The notes under the pieces: model-generated
Seen by the model: the letters and a program-made list of their open reading frames with translations, nothing else
Databases searched by the model: none
Told to the model about the DNA's origin: nothing
Part shown: one piece after another, positions 1 through 12,770 of the stretch
Numbering within the stretch: position 1 is the first letter of the stretch
Layout: every line of letters starts with the position of its first letter
Program-made: the position numbers and the translations under genes
Assembly (NCBI GenBank): GCA_964187785.1
Contig: OZ076409.1
Location: 2,356,001 to 2,420,000, forward strand
Direction: 5' to 3'
Source: Amphiscolops sp. MND2022
Taxonomy: Eukaryota
Length of the DNA stretch: 64,000 bases

Positions 1-1212
1 AAGCGTGCCAGTCATACGCGCAACAAGCGATGAGCGCGTTTTTTTGGGAAAACCTAATTCACTGGTCATCAATTATGATGAAGGAAACAATTCCTTGAAC
101 TAGCACCTCAAGTATGGAAAAACTAGAATTCTGTTAAGACGTCTATTCGGAAAATTTCACATATGTGAAACTCACATCGGACATTGTCGGGAATCTGAAA
201 AAGAAGCCGCGGCTTCTAACCCGATCAGAAGGTAGAATCAACTTACGTACTTTACCAATCCCTTATTCTCCAAAAATGCCCGCAATGTTTTGAAACTGTG
301 TGATTATTTGTTGCTGTAGATTTACTTGTTCACTTAAAAAGCAAACTTGGAAAAAAAAACTTGCTTTATTTCAAAAATCAATTGAACAAGTTTTATTGTT
401 TAAAAACAGGTTTTTCATTTTTTTTCGCATCAGAGTTCATTTGGCGACGTAAAAACTTTGTGATGTTTTTTGTTTCGCTCAACTTTGTTGTGAAGTGGAA
501 ATTCCGATTTTTCACACTTCCTCTTCCCGGCGGCTATGAACCAATTTGTTCAATATTCGGAAGCAATTACAGCTGTGTGAAGATCAGAATGGAGATCATT
601 TCAAGCACCTAATGTAAATGAAAGAACTTTAAATGTATCAAAACCACAATTTCCATTTATTGTTCAAAATCTGTTAAAAAATTGTAACGTTCTGAATAGT
701 AGTCATTGAGATATTTGAAATTAAAAATGACACATACCGTGTTTCAGCGAATACAGGCCGCGGCTTAAAAGTTTTTTCCGTAGCGATTTTGCGGCCTATA
801 TTTGCAAAAATACGCAGTTATGGCATTTAGGATAAAATTGTCAGGGTAAATGCGGCTTCTAATCAGTTGAGTATCCCTGTCTAGCAATGCCAGGAAACTG
901 CTGATTGGTGGTATAAGTTCAGATGGGGTGCACATTCGTCCGGGAAAAGTAGCAAGGCACATGCTGTGGAGGGAATTTCCCGCCCAGAAATTGCCAAGAG
1001 TCTCGTCTCAGCAGGAAGTGTGACCAGACGGAGAGTAACTGCCACTGGCCTCAATTGAAGTCACGCAATAGGACAGTAATTCCCGGAACATATGTGTTAG
1101 AAGCCCCCGTAACAATGAAACACTGAGGAAAATGAAGAAAAGAGAAAGTACGATACAACTTGAAAAGATGAACATGATGGAAACGTGAGGGTAAATTCTA
1201 GTGAAAAGAGAT

Positions 1213-2851
1213 TCAACTTAGAAAAACTCGATGTGGTCTCCAATCATATTGGGCGACGGGTTCTGTGGATTTGGTCTCCTGGACAAGGTCATGCCATAGG
1301 GCTATGATAGTATCCAAATGGCCTCCATGGATGAGTCCGAACCTGACCAAATTGAGATGCGAAAGGATTTCCTTGCTAGGGGAATTGGCTGAGGTTTCCT
1401 CTGAATTCTCTAATTGCCCTATTCGTAGGAAGTACTCTCCGAGTTTTGGTGCCACAGGGTATTCTCTTCTGGCTCTCTCCTTGGCGTACTTGAGTGACGT
1501 CCCAGTAAGCTCGTTGCAGTGCTTGTCATACAAAGGTAGTCCCGGGGTTTCCATCCGGATTCTGTGCTCCTTTACTAAATGAGCGTCGGTACGGCAATGA
1601 TGCAGAATTTCTAAGGGCCCCTTCGTTTTCAAAGAAAGTTCCACAAGGCATACCCGACAACGGTACTTGTGGGGATAGCGGGCAGCGTCAGCCGGCGCAG
1701 TCGCAAAGAACTTGAGTGTGTCGTGGTTTAGCACGTTTTGCAGCGGGAAGCTTCTCAACTCGTTTGTTCTTCCGCTTTAGGGGCTTTTCGGCTTCACGAG
1801 GAGTCTCTTCACAAGACGAAAAATCGGTTTCGGTCTCACTCGTTGACTCCGAGGCGCTTGAACAACTATCCGCTTCCTGGACCAGCTTACTCTTCTTTAC
1901 GGGAGAGACCTTTTTTACACTAGTGTCCGTAGGCTCTGGGGACGGGCTAACGTTTGGTGGGGTCCCGGAAGTAACACTAAAACGTGAATGATTTAATCTC
2001 ACGTTTGCTTCTTCTATTGCTTCGTCTAGGAGCTTCTCCAACCTGGTATTCCCCGTGAGCTTGGGAGTGGCTGGGAATTCTGATAATTTCACTGGAACTG
2101 CAGGATTTTCGGGTTCCTCTGGCTTCTTTCTCGGTACCTTCTCCTTGGGGGAAAGCTGATCTCATGAAAAACGTGAAAATGGTGATCCTTTTGACCCTGA
2201 TGGGTTATTGTGAAGGCTAGAACTCGGAACTGTATTCGACCTTAGTGTCGCTTTGCTGCGCTTTTCGCAAGTCGATGTTCCAGGAGATACCCCTTCGATG
2301 GGAGCATTAACTTGGGCTATGTCAGCTGTGAATGCTGGTGGCGCCACGGTTGTCTCAGTAGTCTCGTCATTGTTCTTTTTAGTCAACTCTGCAGTCTCAA
2401 CAATCTGGTCAAAATCATCTAGTAATACCTGGGGGTATACCCGGGAGGTAAATTGCCAGGAGTTAAGTTTCTCCCCCAACGGTAAAATCAACTCGGTGGT
2501 CTCTTTAGTGGACTTCGAAGAGGCACGCGTTCTGTGCACAGGTTTAGCTGGGGAAGAATCTGAAAGAAAATTCGAAATTGTGCTGTGATCTTCAGCAACA
2601 GGAAATTAAAGTTTCCGCCAAAAGTTTGAAACCGGAAATAGTCGACAAAAAGGTGAGTCTGGCCAACTTGCATTCAAAAATTCGAGAAGTCTCAAAAAAG
2701 AAAATACAAATCGACTCCGTCAAATACAACAAAATTCAAGCTTACCTAGTGCTGATACAGAATTTGCGTCCCGTGTCCCTGAAGAAGGTGCTGCTGGGTA
2801 ACGAACAGGAGCTCCTTGTTTACGTCGTTTGGCAGAACTCGACTCATCCAT
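1213..2851 (-). pseudogene. Decayed spliced gene for a Ser/Thr/Lys-rich protein with a C2H2/BED-like zinc finger; probable accessory gene of an older LTR element
   Basis: ATG at 2851; exon 2851-2746 ends at G|gtaagc. Acceptor ttttctttcag|AT at 2560/2559 restores the frame of ORF 2162-2539. An in-frame TGA at 2162 leads into ORF 1688-2092, then a frameshift near 1750 leads into ORF 1213-1758 containing CRVC...HCRTDAH. Confidence 0.6.
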
Positions 2852-3238
2852 GTTAAGAATTATGGTGGATAGAAACAATTGATAGTGGAAATTAATGTAA
2901 CTGCGAAAGAGTATTCTAGTCTATAAAAAAATGGAATTGTGGAAAATTTAAAATTGGTTGAACGTAATGACTCTATGGAAAACAAAGAAGAAAATGTAAA
3001 GTTTCGATGGCTGAATTTCGACAAGACTTAGTAGTTAGAAGACAAAAATTCACTGGAAACAAAACAAACAAAATTGCGGCGTGGCTTCCGGCTGAACAAA
3101 TTCTGAGCATGGCAAATTAACACATTTGCCCAAACACTGTGCGCTGATTGGATGAGCTTATTACGGACCAATCAAATCTGCCAGAAAGATTGGTGTCCTG
3201 AACGGCATTGCTGAAACAAATTACGCATACATGATGCT

Positions 3239-3253
3239 CCGCCCTCTAGTGGC
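3239..3253. promoter_or_regulatory. CTCF-like motif (CCGCCCTCTAGTGGC) with nearby CCAAT boxes between two divergent decayed genes
   Basis: Motif resemblance only; ctgattgg and ccaatca lie at about 3144-3173. Confidence 0.25.
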
Positions 3254-4006
3254 AGTTTAATGTCATGTGCGGAAACAGACAGCACTGTACAGTATAGTAC
3301 CAACTGAGAGTGACCTAAAAAAATCAAGACCATATGACTACATGTTTCATCCCCATTATTTACTGACGACGCACCAAATATGACATATTCATGCTGAAAT
3401 AGACATCATGAAGCAGTATGTACATGATTCAGGAAAGAGAAGTAAATTAATTTCGAAACTCGTCCTGTGTTTTAATTGAGTGTCATGTAGTTTGTTTTTA
3501 ATTTATACTTCTACTGATGATATTAGTTAGAATGCATGCAAGATTCCCCATAAAGGAAATGTAAAACCCAAAAATATACTTAATCCCTGACAGAGTTTGT
3601 CATTCAAATTTCCATTCATAAAATTGTTTACAATTTCCATCGTTGAAACTCTGTGAAGTGTGAAGATTGAAGTGATTACCACCATAAATGGAAATCATAT
3701 AGTGAATTACATTTTGTTATGGAGCTATTTAAATGAAGAAATAGGAATATAACCCTGCGTCTGCTTTGGAATTGCCGGGAAAACCGTAAACTAGAAGGAC
3801 GATGACACCGGGAATTGTTTACAACACCCCTAAAACCCGGGAAAATACCCATCGACTGAAAAGAATCGAAAAGTTTTTATTCCGCGAATATTCACGAAGC
3901 GAATCAGTTGATAATTTCAAACTCAGATGGACAATAGATATCCGAAAAACTCTTACCTCTTCACAATCGACGAAGACATGCGATCTGTTTCTACAAACTC
4001 CCCGGA

Positions 4007-5070
4007 TTGATAAACATTTCTAGCGACTCTTGGGAAGAGTTTCTGACTGAACAACCTAACTCAGAACCTATAGACCTGAGATTCAGAATCGGGGGACCAC
4101 CTAAAGATCCCATGACTGCATTTGTAAATGAAGACGCTGCAAGATTGTTCGCCGTAAGCGAACCTGAGTCAAGAGAAGATTCTGTGATCGACATCACAGG
4201 TACTGATAACGAAAGAGAAATGCTAAGCATGATCTCAGAGAATACTGAATTACGCAACATTTCACCGAATTCGTTTTTCGAAACGAGCGGGAGCAATAGT
4301 GAAGATTTACTTCTAAATGCTAACTTCGCAAATGTCCCTAGGAACAACTATGGTAGACCTGTGTTGGCGGTTCCGCCCATAAGAGCTGAAAGGTTGACAA
4401 GTCAGATACCTGTAAAATCTGAGATTGACAACAATAACCCTTCCGCTGTCGTCCAAGGAAATGGGCCAATCAGACCTATACCCATTACACCCGTGGTAAT
4501 TCCACATGAGATCCCTCAACCAAACTATGCTCGCCCATATAACGGGGGGAATATTGCAGACACCTATGATAAACCAGTAGTGTACCAGCCACTCAATTCC
4601 AGTTACCAAATTTAGCCACTCAAAACATGATACAACTCCCATAGAACCCGAGTACAGAGATATTGCAACCAGATGGGCCTGTTAATGTTGCATATTACTA
4701 TAACGCCAATGGTCAGTTGTACCTGGACACCCAAGGCACTCGAAGCAACATGGACACGACTGATGTCGATCCTGCCCGAGGAGACAATACTACTCAACAG
4801 CAGAGAAACCCCTTACGAAGGCAACTTAACCCTCCTGTTATTCTTCATGTTCAAGGGAATTGTCACTGGTGCGGCAGAACTTACGACAAAATTGCTCTAG
4901 ATGCTCTGGCGGCCTACACAGCGGCGACTGAATACCCAGGCGAGACAGTGAGAGATAGAAACATTAGGTCACGGGCTTACCTAGATGGGTTTGAGGCACC
5001 ACACATTTGCTTTAAGAATGCTGGCCTGTCACAGCCTAGAGCTTGTGTTGGGTCCGTAGTGCAACGATGA
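4007..5070 (+). pseudogene. Disrupted gene of unknown function with a C-terminal CxxC (GNCHWCG) domain; its 3' part is repeated in the tandem array
   Basis: ORFs 4007-4615 and 4663-5070 are separated by a stop and frameshift. The copy at 24290-24733 is open over a longer stretch. Confidence 0.5.
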
Positions 5071-6482
5071 TGGCAAATGACTCACCCATCTACAGCAAAA
5101 TCAGAAAAACTCATCACTTAATGAAACTCATTTTGTATCAATTTATGTATGACTTTTGATTACCAGCGATATTTGAATTTATGTTATTATTGCTAGCCAC
5201 ATTTATAGAACAATATTCAATCATAAATAATTTACCAGATGTCATAAGGCGTTAACTCATTTAACACATAATGTCGATTAGCACGAATTCTGGTGAATTA
5301 AAACTTGTACTATATATGAGTCATGCTACATATTGTCACGATCTTCTCATTAATGTTGAACAGATTGGCACAGTTAGTGTGGTAACCGATCAAAACGCAG
5401 GAAAACATTCGTCAAGCAGAAACCTATTTAAAGAAGTGATGTAACTTGCAAACCTAATTTTATACTAAATCAGGTACTATTTTTAGTGATTACATAATTA
5501 TGATGTAAGCATGACACTCCAAAAATTGGTTGTCATGATGCTAAATTTAGCCAAATAAAAGGGGGAGTCAGAAGCCCATAAACAATCATTCAACAAAAAA
5601 CTTTCAGACCGACCAGACCTTCCTTTCACTCTCTCAATCTTTGTTCTAGCTTTGATAACCTAACATTATGTGCATTTTTCTTCAACTTTATTTCAACTCC
5701 GTTCTACTTTGCTCATCAGTCTTATTGAAATTCTTCTCAGCATTTCAACCTGACTGAAATGGGTAACAAGAGAAATAGAAGATCTAGACGAGGACAAGCA
5801 CCCTCACTTGAGAGAGAGTTGAGCACATCCCTCAACCAAACTATGCTCGCCCATATAACGGGGGGGATATTGCAGGCACCTATGATAAACCAGTAGTGTA
5901 CCAGCCACTCAATTCCAGTTACCAAATTTAGCCACTCAAAACATGATACAACTCCCATAGAACCCGAGAACAGAGATATTGCAACCAGATGGGCCTGTTA
6001 ATGTTGCATATTACTATAACGCCAATGGTCAGTTGTACCTGGACACCCAAGGCACTCATAGCAACATGGACACGACTGATGTCGATTCTGCCCGAGGAGA
6101 CAATACTACTCAACAGCAGAGAAACCCCTTACGAAGGCAACTTAACCCTCCTGTTATGCTTCATGTTCAAGAAATTGTCACTGGTGCGGCAGAACTTACG
6201 ACAAAATTGCTCTAGATGCTCTGGCGGCCTACACAGCGGCGACTGAATACCCAGGCGAGACAGTGAGAGATAGAAACTTTAGGTCATGGGCTTACCTGGA
6301 TGGGTTTGAGGCACCACTCATTTGCTTTAAGAATGCTGGCCTGTCACAGCCTAGAGCTTGTGTTGGGTCCGTAGTGCAACGATGATGGCAAATGACTCAC
6401 CCATCTACAGCAAAATCAGAAAAACTCATCACTTAATGAAACTCATTTTGTATCAATTTATGTATGACTTTTGATTACAAGC

Positions 6483-6912
6483 TGTCAGCAGAGGCCCAAA
6501 AGCGGTACTATTACATCCAATAAGGCTAGTAGAATCGTCCGGTATAAAATTCCAGTCCCGGAAGTAATTTTGTTTTGAGCGCTTATGTACGAAAGTAATT
6601 TTGATGCATGTTTTGGGTTCTCTGGAACTTCTACAATTATGCTGAGAGAAGATTTTGTTGATGCTCAAAGTTTTATTTTCGGTCAACTAGTTTGTAGCTC
6701 CAAATCTCTGGTGTGTCCCAATTTATTTAGCACCCACTTTTGTTATATGGATATTTTAACTTCTAATTTAAATATCAAGCATGGTATTTCCTGTTCACAT
6801 GATTAAACTAAATATCGCACCAAATAAAGTTTGTTTTATTGTTTGCTGTTTCAAATTCCTTCATCTATGGTGAGAGCGTCTCCTTTTAGAACATGACCTC
6901 AAGGGCATGACA
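6483..6912 (-). repeat. 3' LTR of the Gypsy element (430 bp)
   Basis: tgtcagca...gcatgaca; about 4 differences from the 5' LTR by eye. Confidence 0.96.
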
Positions 6913-6922
6913 CTACCCACTG
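6913..6922 (-). other. Weak putative polypurine tract (cagtgggtag)
   Basis: Lies immediately upstream of the 3' LTR on the minus strand; only modestly purine-rich. Confidence 0.4.
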
Positions 6923-6990
6923 TTGAAAATTTGCATGTTGCCCAGTCTGCATGTGCATGTTGTCATCTGAGTCCTTTTCAGATTGTGAAA

Positions 6991-7993
6991 ATGAATCCCA
7001 ATTTTGTTGCGGGTGGTGTGGCGGTGTGGGAGGTCGCTCACTCTCGGGTGTCGGCTTGTCCAGTGGTGTCGCCCGAGGAAGCAGAGCAGCTACTGCAGCC
7101 AGTAGTGAAAATGGAGGAGCCTCTGGCTGGGTTTAGGAACCCGAACCATCAGGTAATGAACTTGTCTTCATTCTAATATGGAACACTGTCTTGGCATATG
7201 TATTTAATAATTTGCTATTTCCAGGAGTTAGCGGAAAATGTAGTTGACGTACTTCAGATGTATCCGACATTTGGAAATGAGCCCATCAACAATCATCAGG
7301 ATCTGGAGAGCGGGGCCTATGTGGCGGAGGCCGTGTACTTGTGGAAGAGAGGAGTCTTGTCAGCTGATCCTGAAGATTTCTGGGCGAAGGGCTTCACAGT
7401 GGAGCAGTTCCCCGATCTGCAACTGCTGTTAACGACCACAGCTACCTTTCGAGGGCCCCATGTTGATGGTGAGCCCGAGCTACCTGTGTTCGCGACCCTA
7501 CTCTCCGGGGTGAAGCTGTGGCTGTTCCTGCCGGAAAATGGAGCTACTAAGCGCTTCATAATCCGTCGTGGATGGAAAGTTGGTGAGATGGCAGCGTATT
7601 TGGAGGTATGTAGAATTCGATATTCCCAGACGTATTGGTGTGTCAAAGGGCTTTGAATGCTTTTGTGTTTGTTGAATTCAGCAAAGAGCTGCAGGGTTCC
7701 AGATGGCAGTGCAGAGGCCTGGGGAGACCATTGTAATGCAGAGAAACGTGGGGCACTGTGTGCTGACGGTTTCTAGGCTGCCTGGAGTTGAAGACAGTGG
7801 TCGAGCTGGGGCTGCGCTGCTGACATCTACCATCGTGCAAGCGAGCTTGTCCCCACTCAAGAGGACGCGAGTAACTGGATGGCTGCTCCCAAGCGGCAGC
7901 ACAGAGGGCTCGCAAAAGGGTGTCGCCCCGAAGAAGAGGAAGAAAGCCCGGAGCAAGTTCGGGCGAGTGGAACGCCGAAATAAGAAACAATGA
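6991..7993 (+). CDS. Spliced antisense gene encoding a ~284-aa JmjC-domain (Fe(II)/2OG oxygenase) protein with a C-terminal NLS; exons 6991-7152, 7225-7605, 7682-7993
   Basis: Two phase-0 GT-AG introns (7153-7224 gtaatg..ttccag; 7606-7681 gtatgt..ttcag) join three ORFs. Motifs: PHVD (HxD, H at 7459), LLSGVKLWLFLP, VQRPGETIVM...GHCV (distal His at 7754), PKKRKK (7928-7945). AATAAA at 8072. Confidence 0.85.
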
Positions 7994-10520
7994 CTAGGAG
8001 AGCACCTTTTTAAAAAATTATAAGATACATTAGCGGAAGCTCCGAGTAAAATTTAGTTTATTTAATAGATAAATAAAAATGTACGGTAGAGGAAGTAGCA
8101 CCAAAACGTACACTACAGTGTCCCGGGTGTGTGCCATCGAAAGAGCGGTCCGTACATATAAAACTGCACTAGCGCTTATGTACGTAAAATATGAAAATAG
8201 GGGGGTGTAAAAAGCAAAAGGGGAAAAATTCCAAAAATTTAATTTAAAAAAATAGGCTTGGGAGTATAGCAAGGCGTGCATAACACGAAACGTGGAAAGT
8301 GGGGGACGAGGGGAAAAAATCTGGGTCACAATAAAGAAAATAAAAGCAGCGCTTATGTACGTAAGATATGTCAAATAGGGGCGAAATACTTAATAACAGT
8401 TGGCCAAGAATTGAATTTCGTGTATTTCGCGTGAAAATCAAAATAATACATTTGTTTTAATATACTTGCTGCCATGATTTTCATGTCCACATCTTCTTTA
8501 GGTAGGTCCGTAGATCCATGATGAAAATCATGACACTTGCCAACATTAAAATGAATCAAAATATATTGGTCCAAAAATTAAATATATTGTGCTGTACAAA
8601 ACTAAAAATAAATATATATTAATTTATTGTCAATATATTTAAATAAATCCCTGCCTTCAGAGGTCATCGGTCAGTAGTGTGTAGTCTACCCTCTTTCATT
8701 GTCGTGTCAAAGGTAGCCAGAGTCCCCGAACTTTCGATGATTTCAGTTTTTTTCTCTACAATGTACAACTTTGTACTTTTCAATCGTTGATGATTGTTGA
8801 AACCTTAGAAAGGTTTGAAATTAGATTTTTTTTCGTTTGAAAAGTTGTTGTTTTGATGCTAATTTGAATTGAAATTTTTGTTTTATGTTGAATTTGAACG
8901 TTTTTACGGCAGTGTATTGGAGTAAAATAATCGTTTTCGTATAACGTGCGTATAAATATATTCGTGATATACTTAACTTATGAACCTATTCAATTTAGTC
9001 TGGAAATCAATACAAATTACTAATCAATAGTCTGGACAAAAACTTAATTGGTAACTTCCCCTGTCAGTTATTGAAGACTAATTATTGAAATTAAACAGCA
9101 AAGTTAGTTTTTTTTCCTATTAGAACAGAAAATTTGCTGAATTGAGTTACTAAAAGTATGGTCGGCAGTTCATAATTTGAAGTAACTACTGCATTACTGT
9201 GGTTTATATTTGTTTCCTTTTTATCAATCAGTGATCAAGGATTTCTAGTTAATTCATAAACCCCCACATTTATGCACTTACTCAAACAATATTTTAACAT
9301 CTAAATCCACAATGAAATATGGTCTCTGATCGTATATCATGAACAATACACTGTTTAATGGCCCGAAAGTGCTTCATATTTGATTAACTTGCAATGAATT
9401 TGAATCATGTTCGGTGATGTTCTTGCGAAACAGTTGTTTAGAAATAGATTTTCGGAACAAAAAATGTTGAAAAGTTATTCGGGGAGGTGTATTGAAGCTA
9501 GCAAAGCACCTAGGTTGAAAAGGGGGATGTACTGGGTGAAAATTAGGGTCCGTATAGGCAAAAGAACGTTAGCGCTTATGTACGTAAGATAGAATATTTA
9601 GGATGAACGTTTTTTTTTGACAAGAGACTTCAAACATAATATACTGGAAATAATGAAACTGCACACTGCTGTTGAGGTTGTTATTGTAACGGAAGTTGTT
9701 GGGCTCGTTTGTAACATAATGTTCTTTGTGTTTTATACATACAGAAATTGTTATATTTATTTTGTTGTGATGCAATGTGAATAAACTATTGGATACAATA
9801 AATTGATTTATAGCACCTGAAATTCTTTTTCTTTATTCAAACAGACAAAGCACCAACGTTATACTCGCGAGATTCAAATAACCAAAATGCTGAAGGTTGA
9901 ATGAGTTATTTCAGAAAAAAATTGCAATGCACCTCAGAACGATGAGTATGATTTTGACATTGCTAGCTGTGATGGTGGGAGAAGAGGTTCTAGTTGATCA
10001 CGGCCGATGTACTATAATGTCTCAGAGGGTTTGGAAAGGCATACACATGGCCCGATTGTGCTGCGCTGGTACGGTGTATTTAGCACAAGATGATGAAATT
10101 ACAGCACAAGATGGAGAGTGCGCCTTGAACACGGTGGAGATGGGCCAGCACATCAATTGGTTAGCAGTAAGCATATGCGTGTATTTGGAAGCATGGTGGT
10201 TTTGAAGTTCGGCAGAGAAGACATAGTTAGAAGGTAGAAATGGAGACAAAGCACGGTGAGCCCAGAAAGCAGAAGAGTACAATGTAGAAAATGTTGTGCA
10301 AGATGAATGAGGAAGAGAACTGGTTACGTGTATGGCAATAAAGAGCAATGTTGATGATGGCAGTTAACAGTAATTTGATTTGAAAATGTATAGAGCAGTG
10401 TTGTGAATGTGATAGTTATCAATTTTGAGAGCAGTTGAGTTTATGAGAATGACCTTTTCGTTGTTTTTTTTTGTTTCCAGTAATCAGTTAGCTACTTAAT
10501 TTTGAATTTGAAGTAAAAGG

Positions 10521-12770
10521 TTATGCGGGTGTTTCTTTGATAAAGTTAGGATAAACTGAACTAGAAGGGTTGGATACAGTAAAGGGGGGTGCAGTAGGCG
10601 GTGGGGTCAATTGACAGGGGGGTAAGTCGTTACGGGTAAGCACTATTCCTTTTTTATGTATCGGGTGGTCTAGATGTGTCTGCAAGTAGTCAAAATCATC
10701 GGGGGACACTATCAAGATAGGCTGTGCTTTAATTGTTCGGTCAGCTATGTTTAGTCGGAATGGGAAACGACGGTGTACATGCAGGGTTTTATGGAATAAA
10801 CAGGTCATCAAAAAGTGTAGCACCGTTGATACGATAAAAACAAGAGCGCCAAAACAAATGTACGGTGTCCAACTTACTGTATCATGGAACTTGGCAGCAA
10901 GAGGCGGCGGCAATGTTTTCATGTTAGCTGCAATAGGTTTTGCAACTTCGGCAAGGACGTCTAGTTGGCGGCGCTTGTGCTGTGGGACTTCAAGTAACTT
11001 CGTCTGTACTTCGGAAACTAGTTTCACACGGGCGGTATCAATATCAGGTATCTGGGCCAAATCAGCTGTGGGAGGCAACTCATTGAACAAGAAGGCCAGA
11101 GGGTCAGGAAGTTGGATGTCCAATTGGAGAGGCACCGCATCCACACAGGTTGATCAGTCAGAACGAAGATGGATATTCGGGCCTTGTAATTCCTGTCCAC
11201 ACTGCAAAACTATTATACAAACCTGGCATCCCGGTCGGTGATTCACAGACATAGGCGTCGAGGATAGGCTATTGGATTCTGTGAATAAGAAACTAGGACT
11301 GGCGCTCAAGATGAGCCAGCGCCCGATGCCTAAGTACTGAGCCTTTTCTTTCAAAGGCAAGGTAATAGTTTTGATTTGACACACTTCTAGAGCAGCTAAG
11401 ACATCTTTATAAAAGAGTGTTGCCAAACAAGAGTCCATCGCCTTTTCCATAGGAAAGGACGAAAAACAAATGGAATAAGATTTAGAACCAATGCATTCGT
11501 TCAAGTCGAAGCGAGTTAGTAGGGCAGCTTCATGTCCACTCTTAGCCACTGCTATGTACTCAGTTTCTATTTCCCACACAGTAGCTGTCAGAGATTCATC
11601 AGGGGGCATTGGAATGGGAATGGCGTGAAAAACGTCTAGAACCGTAGATTCCGAAGAAAAAGGAATCAGGAGTGTGAAAAGCAGGCCAAAATCAGTTGAT
11701 ACTACCTGTGATACTAACTTGGTCTCGTAGTAGGACATTAGATTTTCGATGGGAATCGAAAACGAGCTTTGATGGTGGGCCGGTGTGGCCTGTAGCAGCA
11801 CTTGGTGCAGCACATCTTGCAGGATTTGACGCGGAATCAGAGCGAGAGGGAGAAATCCGTCTGCCATCATAGAGGATGAGCCGAGAAGAGTCATCCGAAA
11901 AGAGTGAAGGGAAGCCCGATAGGTCCGGAGGTTGGTGTAAATCACAGACAATACTGAATTGAGCAAATTCGCATGGTAGTTGGTTTCCTCGCGGATATAA
12001 AGGAATTGATCGCAGTTGCGCATGTAGTTGATACTCTCTTCCAACACAGCGAATTGGGCTTGCAAGGTGGCAGCATTAGCCTGTTAGACCTGGATGATAT
12101 TGTTTTGTGCTGCACGAAGGTCTTGAAGTTCGTGGCCAATTATGTAAAACTTCTCGTTCGTTGAGTTCTGTACCGAAGCCCATGCAGTGTTCATCTGGTT
12201 GACATGAGCAATGGTATCCACAATGGCGCGTCGGTTTTCCTTGGCCAGTTTGTTACACCCGCCGAAAATTCGTCCCAGAGTACAGGAAATTTTATCTTTC
12301 AGTGAGTAGCCCAAGCCAAAGACACCAGCAGCTGCTCCGGCCACCAGAACTACGGGCAGCGCACGAGGGTTGCGCTGCTGCGGTTCTGGGGGAGCAAAAT
12401 CAGGGAACAAACCTGTGATGTCGCTTTTGAAGCTGCCAATATCCCTGAGGACACGTTGATGTTCTTGCAGAACTTCATTGTACACCCAGTCAGAAGTGAA
12501 ATTCAGTTGGGTGATGTTGTTGTACAGCAAGTCGCAGCCAAAATTAGGATGATTCCACAGTTGATCCATTTTGGAGGCAATGGTGGTGAGGTAACGATCG
12601 ATAGTGGCATCAAACTGTGGGTACGGCAGAACGAACTGAACATTTTCAAATGATTTGGCAAGCAATATTTTTTGGTGATAGTTGAATATGATGCCATTAT
12701 GGGTTGTCTCAGCACTGCTCAGACATTGTTGGAAAAGGCAAACAATGAAAAGCAGCTGGAATGCTTTCAT
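10521..12770 (-). pseudogene. env: env-like class I fusion glycoprotein (~750 codons) with two in-frame stops
   Basis: Signal peptide MKAFQLLFIVCLFQQCLSSA; RNPR|ALPVVLVAGAAAGVFGLG cleavage site and fusion peptide; heptad-like region; Cys-rich region; TM YICFGALVFIVSTVLHFLMTCLF. Three ORFs are in one frame, separated by TAA (12084) and TGA (11154). Confidence 0.85.

Noticed and set aside
6453..6806. Short ORFs within the Gypsy LTRs
   Set aside because: Duplicated only because the LTR is duplicated; no coding signal.
9897..10348. Further accessory ORFs (102 aa +, 108 aa -) between env and the JmjC gene
   Set aside because: Overlapping on opposite strands, no motifs, no convincing splice structure.
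11154..12086. Programmed stop read-through or selenocysteine in env
   Set aside because: Two different stops (TAA, TGA) in a copy with other lesions; simple nonsense mutation is more parsimonious.
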